The notes under the pieces are model-generated. The model saw nothing but the letters and a program-made list of their open reading frames with translations. It had not been told where the DNA came from and did not search any database. From Pseudomonadota bacterium (GTDB taxonomy: Bacteria > Pseudomonadota > Alphaproteobacteria > MPNO01 > UBA830): DNA of 64,000 nucleotides. Positions within the stretch are counted from its first letter, which is position 1; each line of letters begins with the position of its first letter. The position numbers and the translations under genes were made by a program. Below, piece by piece: positions 47,154 through 56,256 of the stretch. Where the stretch lies: the NCBI GenBank assembly GCA_036339975.1, contig JAYYZV010000020.1, positions 10,430 through 74,429 of the forward strand, in the 5' to 3' direction.

Positions 47154-49490
47154 CTATTCAACTGTCGAGGTCAGGTCATTGTTGAGGGCCTGCCATATGC
47201 GGTTTGGTGTGGCCGGCATGTCGAAGCTGCGCACGCCTCGTGTCGCCAGCGCATCACAGATTGCATTCATGACAGCCGGCATCGCGCCGACACAGCCGGC
47301 TTCGCCTGCGCCCTTGATACCCATCGGATTGGTTGGGCTTGGGACTTCGTTTTCGTCCATTTCGAAACTGGGGCAGTCGTCGGCCCGCGGCATACCGTAA
47401 TCCATGAACGACCCCGACACCATCTGGCCTGACTCGTCGTCCCATACCATGTTTTCGCACATAATCTGTCCGATACCCTGAACGGCGCCACCGTGTACCT
47501 GGCCAGCTAGCAGTAGCGGGTTGATAACGGTCCCGACATCGTCGACCATGCAGTAGCGCACGATCTCAGTTGTCCCGGTATCAGGATCTATTTCCACCTC
47601 GGCGACGTGACAGCCGTTTGGGAACGTTGGGGCTGGCGGTGACCATGCCGCCCATTCGTCAAGTCCCAGCTCAAATCCTGTCGGCGCGGTCATGAAATTG
47701 TGGGCGTGCTTGGCGGCATCCATAAGACCCATAGTTTTGTCGGTACCCGCCACTGTGAACGTTCCATCATCGAATTCGATATCTTCGACCGCGACTTCCA
47801 AGTGATGTGCTACAAGGGGCTTGCACTTTTCTACGATTTTATTAGCCGCGAGTTGGATTGACGCACCGCCAACCCCCGACGATCGAGAACCAAAAGTGCC
47901 GGTCCCCATCATAGATACATCTGAGTCCCCCTGTGCGAGCCGGACCTGTTCGAATTCTAAACCCAACATGTCAGCTAGCATCTGTCGAAAAATTGTCTCG
48001 TGCCCCTGACCGTGATTATGGGTGCCCATTATCAGCGTCACTGTTCCCGAAGGATCGAAGCGAATCTGCGCCCATTCCGGCGGACCACCGGCCGATTGCT
48101 CAATGCAATTGGCAATGCCGAAGCCTCGCAGCCTTCCTGCTTGTTCGGATTGCCCCCGGCGCAGATCAAAGTTGGCGTAGTCGATCATTTCCAGCGCGGC
48201 ATCCATATTCTTTTCGAACTCCCCCGAATCGTAGGTGAACAGAAAGCCAGTGTTGAAAGGTTCGCTGATTTTGGGAATTAGATTGCGCCGGCGAATTTCG
48301 GCGGCATCAATACCCATCTCCCGAGCCGCGGTGTCGATCACCCGCTCGACGCAGTAAACCGCTTCCGGCCGTCCGGCGCCACGATAAGGACCGGTGGAAT
48401 TAGTATTCGTAAACACGCCTGTTACATGTGTATAGATCGCTGGGGTTGTGTATGTGTTTGACAGTGAACCAAGGTTATTGGTCGATGAATGCGGCCCTAG
48501 CAGAGTTAAATATGCGCCCAGATTAGCCACAGTGATCACGCGCAATCCGGTAAAGATTCCGTTTTCGTCCAGTGCTAGTTCGGCGGTGACCACGTTGTCA
48601 CGTGCTTGGTCATCCGACTGAAAAGCCTCTGTTCGGTCACCGGTCCATTTCACGGGGCGTCCCAGCAGCTTCGCTGTCCACAGAACAAGTATGTTTTCTG
48701 GGTAAGGGCCTGATCGCATACCGAAAGCGCCTCCCATGTCTTCCGACACTACGCGCAGCTTGTTCTGCGGTACTTTCAGAACTGGCTCTGCCATAGCTTG
48801 GCGAACACCGTGGGGACCCTGAGTGCCCGTTATTAAGGTGTATCGTTCGTCGAATTCGTCGTATTCGCCGATACAAGCGCGTGGTTCCATTGGCGCGACC
48901 GAAACGCGGCTGATAATGATATCTAGCTTGGTGACGTGATGGGCGCTGGCGAAGGCAGCCTCTGTTTTGTCCTTGTCTCCTAGCTCGAACACAAAGCAAA
49001 TATTGTCCGGCGCATCGTCCCAGACGGTGCCCGCGCTGGAATCAAGTGCATGCGCAGTGCTGGTAATTGCTTTGTGTTCGTCGTAATCGACGGCGATCAT
49101 TTCTGCCGCATCCTGAGCCTGTTTGTCGGTTTCTGCCACGACCCAGCACACCGGATCACCAACCATTTTGACCTCACCGGCGCGGAGCGCGGCATTTGGC
49201 GGCATGAACATGGGCGAGCCGTCGGGCTTCTGACGCGGAACCGCGCATGGGATGTTACCGAAACCGGACGCGGCATAATCGTCTCCGGTCCAGATACCGA
49301 GAACGCCGGGCAGGCGCTTGGCGGCGGATGTGTCGATCGACAGTATTTTTGCGTTTGCGTAAGGCGATCGCAGGACAAAGCCGTAGGCCTGCCCCGGTCG
49401 ATGGAGGTCGTCTGAATACCGTCCCCCGCCTCGTAGCAGGCGCGGGTCTTCCCAGCGCGGGACACCCTGTCCGATTCCGAATTTGGTCAT
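47154..49490 (-). CDS. Xanthine dehydrogenase-family molybdopterin-binding large subunit (CoxL form II-like)
   Basis: 778-aa ORF. N-terminus PRWEDPRLLRGGGRYSDD. The active-site loop GPYRGAGRPE fits the form II AYRGAGR pattern, not the form I AYxCSFR pattern. Confidence 0.85.
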   Translation of the reverse strand: MTKFGIGQGVPRWEDPRLLRGGGRYSDDLHRPGQAYGFVLRSPYANAKILSIDTSAAKRLPGVLGIWTGDDYAASGFGNIPCAVPRQKPDGSPMFMPPNAALRAGEVKMVGDPVCWVVAETDKQAQDAAEMIAVDYDEHKAITSTAHALDSSAGTVWDDAPDNICFVFELGDKDKTEAAFASAHHVTKLDIIISRVSVAPMEPRACIGEYDEFDERYTLITGTQGPHGVRQAMAEPVLKVPQNKLRVVSEDMGGAFGMRSGPYPENILVLWTAKLLGRPVKWTGDRTEAFQSDDQARDNVVTAELALDENGIFTGLRVITVANLGAYLTLLGPHSSTNNLGSLSNTYTTPAIYTHVTGVFTNTNSTGPYRGAGRPEAVYCVERVIDTAAREMGIDAAEIRRRNLIPKISEPFNTGFLFTYDSGEFEKNMDAALEMIDYANFDLRRGQSEQAGRLRGFGIANCIEQSAGGPPEWAQIRFDPSGTVTLIMGTHNHGQGHETIFRQMLADMLGLEFEQVRLAQGDSDVSMMGTGTFGSRSSGVGGASIQLAANKIVEKCKPLVAHHLEVAVEDIEFDDGTFTVAGTDKTMGLMDAAKHAHNFMTAPTGFELGLDEWAAWSPPAPTFPNGCHVAEVEIDPDTGTTEIVRYCMVDDVGTVINPLLLAGQVHGGAVQGIGQIMCENMVWDDESGQMVSGSFMDYGMPRADDCPSFEMDENEVPSPTNPMGIKGAGEAGCVGAMPAVMNAICDALATRGVRSFDMPATPNRIWQALNNDLTSTVE

Positions 49491-49590
49491 CCAGTTAACC
49501 TTTGAGAGGTGTTGGTTCCAATGTCGTTTGTGTACCGCTCAGTCGACTGCCTTGCAAGTTGGGGCCGGTTGAGAGGATTGGAACGGGAAA

Positions 49591-50493
49591 TCAGTTGAGA
49601 AGTAAGACCAGAATTCCTATTACGATCGCGACGCAGCCAGCGATTTCTAGCCGGTTGATTTTCTCCTTGAAAATGAAAACCGTGGACGCGAAGGTGAAAA
49701 TCATCTCAATTTGGGCGACTGCCTTCACCACAGCGGCTTTCTCTAGTGTCATCGCTGTGAACCAGCCGAACGATGCCGACGCGCCGACGAAACCGACGGC
49801 TAGAGCCGGTTTCCAGGCTGCCACAATCCGCCGAAGCTCAACGGGATCGCGCAGCGCGAAGAATGCGAGCATAACAATGGTCTGGAAAGTGATGGCGGCG
49901 CATAGCGTTACGGCGCCTTGCATCAGGAAATTTGGACCATTGAGCGACAACGAGGCACCGCGATACCCAACCGCCGCAATTCCAAAAAATGTCCCCGAAC
50001 ACAGCCCGATGGCGACGCTGCGTGTCGCCAGAGATGTGAAAAGCGTCGTCGGCTTCATTTCATTACGGGCAACGGAAATCAGCATGACACCCGCTACCGA
50101 GATCGCGATGGCGAGGACCACCACCCAAGACACAGTTTCAGAAAGGAATATCAGGCCGAAAAGCGCCGCTTGCGCAGGCTCCGTCCGCGAATAAGCGGTA
50201 CCGACTGAAAAATTGCGATAGCTGAATAGGTGTATCAGCAGTGTCTGGGCGAAAATCTGCGCCAGTGCCGCCAAGACCACCCAGCCGATAAATGCCAAGT
50301 GTAGGCGGGGTAGGGTATATCCCGCCCCATAATAGAGAATGCCCAGAAATATAAAAGAAAAGGGTAGCCCGAAGCCGAACCGAACGAAGGTCGCGCCGGT
50401 CGTGCCGATGCGGCCTTTTAAATATTTCTGAAGGGTCGAGCGGATGTTCTGTAGAAATGCCGCCGCGACCGTTATAACAACCCAAGGTTCCAT
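49591..50493 (-). CDS. EamA/DMT family transporter
   Basis: 300-aa ORF with about 10 TM helices. Confidence 0.7.
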   Translation of the reverse strand: MEPWVVITVAAAFLQNIRSTLQKYLKGRIGTTGATFVRFGFGLPFSFIFLGILYYGAGYTLPRLHLAFIGWVVLAALAQIFAQTLLIHLFSYRNFSVGTAYSRTEPAQAALFGLIFLSETVSWVVVLAIAISVAGVMLISVARNEMKPTTLFTSLATRSVAIGLCSGTFFGIAAVGYRGASLSLNGPNFLMQGAVTLCAAITFQTIVMLAFFALRDPVELRRIVAAWKPALAVGFVGASASFGWFTAMTLEKAAVVKAVAQIEMIFTFASTVFIFKEKINRLEIAGCVAIVIGILVLLLN

Positions 50494-50513
50494 TCAGGCG
50501 ATTCGCCCGGGCT

Positions 50514-51335
50514 TCAGGACCTATCCCCAAACCCGACGGGGGCGGAACAGCCGGCTGCCGCTTCGTCCGGCGGCATACTCTCGTCCCACAGGCGGCCGAT
50601 AAACCGTTTGCCGCTCCAACCATCGGATGCTTCCGATGCAAGCCAGACCATTGGTGCTCGCATCACGGCCGGGGCGACCAGCATGCCGTCGGCGCCGGAG
50701 CGGCCTTCGTCCCCGGGATTACCGGGCAAAAGGTTGGTGTCGGCCGCCCCACCCGGAATTAGTATGTTACAGGTTACACCGGTACCGTCGAGATCTTCCG
50801 ACCAGCAGCTCGTCGTTGCTTCCATCGCTGCCTTGGATGGTCCGTATGGCGAAAACCCAGCACGCTGCATGGTGTGGATGGACGTGGTCACGTTGACGAC
50901 CCGGCCCCATCCTGCTCTCAGCATGTGGGGTACGGCTTCGCGCGCCATCTGAAACCCTCCATTTACGTTGGTTTCGATAATCTGGGCCCAGGTTTCCGCT
51001 TTCACGTCCCAGAACTTTGTCGGTGTCCGATTGAACGTATTCGAAACCAGCAGCATGCCGACGCCGGCGTTATTTACCAGCATATCGACCCCGCCGAATT
51101 CAGATACCGTGTTGGCGACAATCTTTGCACAGGCGGCTGGGTCACGGATGTCGGCGACCATGGCCTTTACTGTGCCCGCCAGTTCTTTCGTTTCCGATTC
51201 AATATCGTCGTCGATATGCATGGCCGCGGTAACGTTTGCTCCGGCAGTGGCCAGCGCGTGCACCATCGCCCGCCCCAGCCCCCGGCCGCCGCCAGTAATA
51301 ATGCAGGTTGTACCGGTAAGATCATTTGTCGTCAT
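50514..51335 (-). CDS. SDR family oxidoreductase
   Basis: ITGGGRGLGRA and YGPSKAA motifs. The ATG at 51335 is preceded by AGGGGA. Confidence 0.8.
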   Translation of the reverse strand: MTTNDLTGTTCIITGGGRGLGRAMVHALATAGANVTAAMHIDDDIESETKELAGTVKAMVADIRDPAACAKIVANTVSEFGGVDMLVNNAGVGMLLVSNTFNRTPTKFWDVKAETWAQIIETNVNGGFQMAREAVPHMLRAGWGRVVNVTTSIHTMQRAGFSPYGPSKAAMEATTSCWSEDLDGTGVTCNILIPGGAADTNLLPGNPGDEGRSGADGMLVAPAVMRAPMVWLASEASDGWSGKRFIGRLWDESMPPDEAAAGCSAPVGFGDRS

Positions 51336-51396
51336 TTCTGTATCCCCTGTCCGGAAATTTAGGAGGCACCCTAGCACGCCTGCCGGTGGTTGACAG

Positions 51397-52638
51397 CTAA
51401 GCTGGTCCCTGCACCGACCTTAGCCGTGTCAGTATCAGCATCAAAAGGCAGGCGACGCCGAACATCATGAAGAGCGACGCGTCGAAATCGCCTGTTGCGT
51501 GGGCTAGAGCGCCCATCGACATTGGGCCTAGCACGCCGCCGACCTCGCCCACCGAGAAATAAAGGCCGCTGGCGGCACCAACACGGCTGGTGTTGCCGTC
51601 GCCGCTTTCGATCAGTAGCAGAATCGAGATCGACGTCATAGCACCACGGCACATGCCCTGCAGGACTAGACCGACGGCTAGAAGCGGTCCGGATGCGGCC
51701 CACACCATTACTGTGGCGATGGCTGCGCAGATGAATAAACCAAGCAGGATAGTGAAGCGTTTGTCGGGCGTTGCCATGCGCGGAAGTGATAGCGATGCGA
51801 CCATTCCAAACAGCGTCGGAATGGCGGCCCAGTATCCGGCTTCTGACGGGGTCATGCCGTAGGACCGCAGTAAATCCGGCAACCAATGGTTCATACCGTG
51901 GTTGTAAAATAGGATGAACAGCCCCATTAATAAGACCAATCGGACAACTGGGTCGCGAACCAGTTCCATAAACACATCCGACGACCGGCGCTTTTTTTCC
52001 GCTTTCAAGCGGTCTTCCATATCGCGGCTGGCTGGGTGTGCGCTTATGCCGAGCCAGATTACGCCGACCGCGACGATAAACAGGGCATAACCCAACATTA
52101 GGTCCCGCCAGTCGCCGCCCACGGCAGGCAGGAACACACTATTTGTAAGTGCTACCGCGACGATGCCACCGGTGGCGTTACCCGTAAAATAAATGCCCAT
52201 GGCGAGACCACGTTCCTTGCCGGTGAACCACAGGCTGACCACCTTCGGTGCGCCGGACGAAATCAACGGTCCTCCGAAACCGAATACCATCACCGCCAGC
52301 AACAGTGTGATATAATCTGATGCCACGCCACGAAGTGCGACTGACGCTGCTATCACCAATACCGAGGCGAACATCATTCGCCGCGGTCCAAATCGGTCCA
52401 GCAGTCCGCCGCATGGGACTGAGCAGAAGATATAAGTCAGCTGCCAGGCTGCCAATACCGTTCCCATCTCACCCCGGTGCATGCCCAGATCAGTCATCAG
52501 CCGGTAAACCAGCGGCGCCAACGATGCAATAGCTAGCGCAAAGGCGAAGTATAGCAGCCAAACGCCGGCCAACATCATCCAACGGAACGAGTGTGGCGGA
52601 CTGGTGGTATCGTCGGGGAAATTTGGGGCGAGCGCCAT
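51397..52638 (-). CDS. MFS transporter
   Basis: 413-aa ORF with 12 TM-like helices and the loop motif LLDRFGPRRMM. Confidence 0.8.
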   Translation of the reverse strand: MALAPNFPDDTTSPPHSFRWMMLAGVWLLYFAFALAIASLAPLVYRLMTDLGMHRGEMGTVLAAWQLTYIFCSVPCGGLLDRFGPRRMMFASVLVIAASVALRGVASDYITLLLAVMVFGFGGPLISSGAPKVVSLWFTGKERGLAMGIYFTGNATGGIVAVALTNSVFLPAVGGDWRDLMLGYALFIVAVGVIWLGISAHPASRDMEDRLKAEKKRRSSDVFMELVRDPVVRLVLLMGLFILFYNHGMNHWLPDLLRSYGMTPSEAGYWAAIPTLFGMVASLSLPRMATPDKRFTILLGLFICAAIATVMVWAASGPLLAVGLVLQGMCRGAMTSISILLLIESGDGNTSRVGAASGLYFSVGEVGGVLGPMSMGALAHATGDFDASLFMMFGVACLLMLILTRLRSVQGPA

Positions 52639-52691
52639 GGCCTAGGGTTTAGGGGATTCAGGTCCGCGTGGGAATGATAAGAGGTGAGTTG

Positions 52692-54371
52692 TCAGAACAG
52701 GCCTTCGACGACCCCACCGTTGCTGAGGCGGATTGAGTTCGCGGCAGGTACGCGTGGCAATCCCGGCATGGTCATGATATCGCCGCAGATTGCAACGACG
52801 AATTCAGCTCCGGCTGAAAGGCGAGCTTCGCGCACCGGTACAATATGATCCGAGGGCGCTCCCTTTAGATTTGGATCGGTAGAAAAGCTATATTGTGTTT
52901 TCGCCATGCAGACGGGGAGGTGTCCGTAGCCTTCGTCTTCCCAGCGTGATAACTGGTCCAGCAGGTTCCTATTGGCGACGGCTTCGGATGCGCGGTATAT
53001 TTCCTTTGCAACCGCGTTGATTTTGTCAAACAGGCTCATTTCGTCCGGATAGATGGGTCTGAAGGCGGCTTTTCCGGTGTTGGCAATCTCGACTACCTTG
53101 TGCGCTAAGGCCTCGGTTCCGGCCGAACCATCAGCCCAGTGTGAGCATTCCACGACTTCCGCACCTGCTTCGCCGGCCGCGTCCGCGACCGCCGAGATCT
53201 CTGCGTCGGTGTCGGTCGAAAAACGGTTAACGGCGATGATCGGCGGAACACCGAATTTTTTTATGTTCTCAATATGTTGTTTCAGGTTGGCAATGCCTTC
53301 CTCCACTGCGCCGACGTTTTCCGTACTGAGATCATCTCGCTTCATCCCACCATGCATTTTCAGGGCGCGGATGGTAGCGACGATCACGGCGGCGTCCGGT
53401 TCGAGCCCAGCCTTGCGGCACTTGATGTCAAAGAATTTTTCTGCGCCCAGATCAGCGCCGAAACCCGCTTCGGTAACCACATAGTCCGACAGGCGCAAAG
53501 CTGCCTCTGTTGCCATGACAGTATTGCAGCCATGGGCGATATTAGCGAAAGGTCCACCGTGGACGAAGGCAGGATTGTTTTCTAGCGTTTGGACTAAGTT
53601 GGGCATCAGTGCGTCTTTGAGTAGAACTGCCATCGCGCCGTCGGCCTGAAGCTGTTTGGCGGTGATGGCTTCGCGCTTGCGTGTTTGGCCGACGACAATA
53701 TTGCCGAGACGTCGTTCGAGGTCGGACAGCGAATTCGCTAGGCAAAAGATAGCCATGATTTCGGAGGCGACGGTTATGTCGTATCCGGTTTCGCGAACGA
53801 ATCCGTTGGCGACCCCGCCAAGACCTACAGTAATGTTTCGGAGCGCCCGGTCGTTGATATCAACCACCCGGCGCCAAGATACGCGTCGCGAATCCAGCCG
53901 CAATTCGTTTTCCCAGTATAAATGGTTGTCGATCATCGCCGAAAGTAGGTTGTGTGCCGCCCCGATCGCATGCATGTCGCCGGTAAAGTGGAGATTGATG
54001 TCTTCCATTGGCACTACCTGCGCGTAACCGCCGCCGGCTGCGCCGCCTTTCATTCCGAAACACGGGCCGAGCGAAGGTTCGCGCACGCAAATTGCCGCCT
54101 TTTTACCAATCCGATTGAGTCCGTCTCCCAGCCCGACGGTTGTCGTCGTTTTGCCTTCTCCCGCAGGTGTCGGCGTGATGGCGGTGACCAAAATCAGCTT
54201 GCCGCGTGGGCGGTCCGAAATTCCTTCGAGAAATTTGTAGTCCACCTTGGCCTTGTTTAAACCGTATGGGTGCAGCGCCGCCGCCGGAATATCAAGCTTA
54301 GCGCCGATTTCTGTGATGGGTATCTGTCTAGCTGCGCGCGCGATTTCAATATCCGTGCCCTGATCGGCCAT
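52692..54371 (-). CDS. fhs: Formate--tetrahydrofolate ligase
   Basis: [18 protein letters not shown]-loop, with family similarity along the full 559-aa length. Confidence 0.95.
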   Translation of the reverse strand: MADQGTDIEIARAARQIPITEIGAKLDIPAAALHPYGLNKAKVDYKFLEGISDRPRGKLILVTAITPTPAGEGKTTTTVGLGDGLNRIGKKAAICVREPSLGPCFGMKGGAAGGGYAQVVPMEDINLHFTGDMHAIGAAHNLLSAMIDNHLYWENELRLDSRRVSWRRVVDINDRALRNITVGLGGVANGFVRETGYDITVASEIMAIFCLANSLSDLERRLGNIVVGQTRKREAITAKQLQADGAMAVLLKDALMPNLVQTLENNPAFVHGGPFANIAHGCNTVMATEAALRLSDYVVTEAGFGADLGAEKFFDIKCRKAGLEPDAAVIVATIRALKMHGGMKRDDLSTENVGAVEEGIANLKQHIENIKKFGVPPIIAVNRFSTDTDAEISAVADAAGEAGAEVVECSHWADGSAGTEALAHKVVEIANTGKAAFRPIYPDEMSLFDKINAVAKEIYRASEAVANRNLLDQLSRWEDEGYGHLPVCMAKTQYSFSTDPNLKGAPSDHIVPVREARLSAGAEFVVAICGDIMTMPGLPRVPAANSIRLSNGGVVEGLF

Positions 54372-54683
54372 GTTGGGGTTCCGTTTCTGAAAACAAAGAC
54401 CCTTAGGTTAGGCGTGATATAAGGGAATCATCAACTGCCCCTGCAGACTGTCAGGCTTAGAAAAGGGAGACTAGAACCTCAACTTTCACGGTTCTGGTGA
54501 CGGCGATGGCTTCCAAAGTATTTAAGGTTGTTCCGTGGCCGCGGGTTGTAACGTTGTCACGGGGCTTTCAATGACCCTCGTTGACCACCCTGGGTGCCTC
54601 AAATTCTTATGTGCAGGGCAATACGAATGTTTGAACGAACCCTGTATTTAGAATTCAGTGTATCCAGACTGACGCTACTTTGG

Positions 54684-56183
54684 TCACGTGTTCTTTGCTA
54701 TTGATTCGGCGGCGTGACGTCCCGCGATACGGCCCGAGGTAAAAGCCCAGCCGATGTGGTGGCCATGGCCTTTAAGCATCAGTCCACCCTGTCCGGCGGA
54801 GCCTGCAGCCCATATATTGTGGACAGGGTGGTCCCCGTGACCCAGTAGGCGAAGGTCCTTATCGACAGCAAGCCCCCCATCCGTGAGCACAATGTAGCTC
54901 TTGGCCGGGCCCAGCGCATAAAACGGCGGTATAGCAAGCGGCGCCGGGATGTCTCCGTCGTTGTGTGCCGACACGGCCTTTCTCAGAGATGCCGGATCCA
55001 TCCCAAGGTTTTTGGCCAACTCTGCAACGCTGTTGCCGCGATAAAAAAGGTCAGGGCGTGTTTTCCGGAAATCGGCGAAATACGCATATGAAACCCCCGG
55101 CGCGGTGGCGATGAAGTGGGGCCATTTCGAATATCGCGCTGCTAGAGCCGAATCCAGGACGACATATCCAATCTTGTCGGCGCACTCTGCAATTTTATGC
55201 CCTAGCGAGGCTGACGGCGCGGTTATCCGTGCGCCATATTTGTCAACCAGAAGGGCGCCATTGCGAAAAAGATCGAGCTCCGGCGCCATGGAAGTTGTGG
55301 TGAAGCGAAGTATAAAGGGTCGCAGCAGCCAGCCGGGCGCGTATTTCAGTCCTAGCTTCATTATCCGGGTAACCAACCGCGACGGAGGTAGGCGTCGGTC
55401 GATGGTTTCCCGGGGTGGAGGCACAAACCGGAGGTTGGGTCCCGACAGAACATCGCCATTGAGAACGCGGGCGCCCAGCATAAACGCCATTTCGTGGCCG
55501 TCGCCGGTCGCGGTCGGGTTCATCGCCTCCACCCGCGAAACTGCCTCCGAGATATACTTTGCCTTCAGATCCGAGTTTGCCGCGTAATCGCCGCTAGCGA
55601 GGACGGTGGCGCGCGCTGCGATTTTCATCTCTCCATCGAATGAACGGCATGTAATGCCGGTGACGGCGCCCTGTTCTATCAGGAACCTTTCTGCCTTTAC
55701 GTTGCATCTGATATCGACGCCGATTCGTTTGGCGTGTTTGCTCAACACTATAATGTAGGCTCGGGAGTTCGGCAGCACGTTGTGCATACGAGGTTGAGTG
55801 TGCGGTGGTTCGGGCATCGGGCCGTAAAACTCGACGCCCATCGACATTAACCATTTCAAGGTGTCACTAGCGTTATCGACGAACAGCCGTCGCAGTTCCG
55901 GATTATCCCGGTCTGCGTCCTTACCTGAAAATTTAGGCATATCACTAAAATGGGCGTCTGGGTTGTCAATGATTCCGGCGGCCAATTGTTGTGGGGTCTG
56001 GGTTGCCGTAAACGAACCTATCGACCAAGAGGTGGTACCGCCGGGGGATTCGTTCTTTTCGATTAGGATGACGCTGGCACCCAACGTGCGCGCTTCGATC
56101 GCAGCCGCTAGACCGGCCCCGCCGGCCCCTATGACTAGAACATCGCATGTTTCCGTCTTCACACCATCATCCTTTCCCACCAA
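54684..56183 (-). CDS. FAD-dependent oxidoreductase (FAD_binding_2 type; KstD / soluble fumarate-reductase-like)
   Basis: CDVLVIGAGGAGLAAA...EKNESPGGTT N-terminus and the C-terminal IWAAGSAGQGG...GRIAG. Confidence 0.75.
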   Translation of the reverse strand: MVGKDDGVKTETCDVLVIGAGGAGLAAAIEARTLGASVILIEKNESPGGTTSWSIGSFTATQTPQQLAAGIIDNPDAHFSDMPKFSGKDADRDNPELRRLFVDNASDTLKWLMSMGVEFYGPMPEPPHTQPRMHNVLPNSRAYIIVLSKHAKRIGVDIRCNVKAERFLIEQGAVTGITCRSFDGEMKIAARATVLASGDYAANSDLKAKYISEAVSRVEAMNPTATGDGHEMAFMLGARVLNGDVLSGPNLRFVPPPRETIDRRLPPSRLVTRIMKLGLKYAPGWLLRPFILRFTTTSMAPELDLFRNGALLVDKYGARITAPSASLGHKIAECADKIGYVVLDSALAARYSKWPHFIATAPGVSYAYFADFRKTRPDLFYRGNSVAELAKNLGMDPASLRKAVSAHNDGDIPAPLAIPPFYALGPAKSYIVLTDGGLAVDKDLRLLGHGDHPVHNIWAAGSAGQGGLMLKGHGHHIGWAFTSGRIAGRHAAESIAKNT

Positions 56184-56256
56184 AGCAGGACCTAAACTGT
56201 GTGACTTCCCGCCCTCGAGCCGATAAATTCACCATGACTGTTAACATGTATTATCC

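Noticed and set aside
39329-49490. A tRNA-Arg-anchored genomic island covering the BenE, HupE, BisC, TauD, cupin, SnoaL, CoxG and CoxL genes.
   Set aside because: There is no integrase, transposase or phage gene. I found no direct repeat of the tRNA 3' end downstream. The coding-region composition looks like the rest of the window. Only the AT-rich tRNA flanks are reported, as a low-interest finding.
49502-50194. Long antisense or off-frame ORFs. Examples: 49502-50194, 26570-27292, 46798-47400, 23259-23801, 24707-25243, 21633-22148, 60474-60989, 58689-59213, 51371-51886.
   Set aside because: Each is fully nested in a well-supported gene on the opposite strand or in another frame. They have low-complexity Arg/Pro/Ser/Ala-rich translations with no recognisable motifs, which is the expected artefact of GC-rich coding sequence.
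54372-54683. A possible ZTP (pfl) riboswitch in the fhs leader. The motif caccctgggtgcc at 54586-54598 superficially resembles the conserved CCGCCUGGGCA block.
   Set aside because: The resemblance is on the plus strand, which is the wrong strand for the minus-strand fhs. I could find neither the GGGUCGUGACUGGCG block nor the GGUGG…CCACC helix on either strand. It stays only as a leader worth scanning with Infernal.
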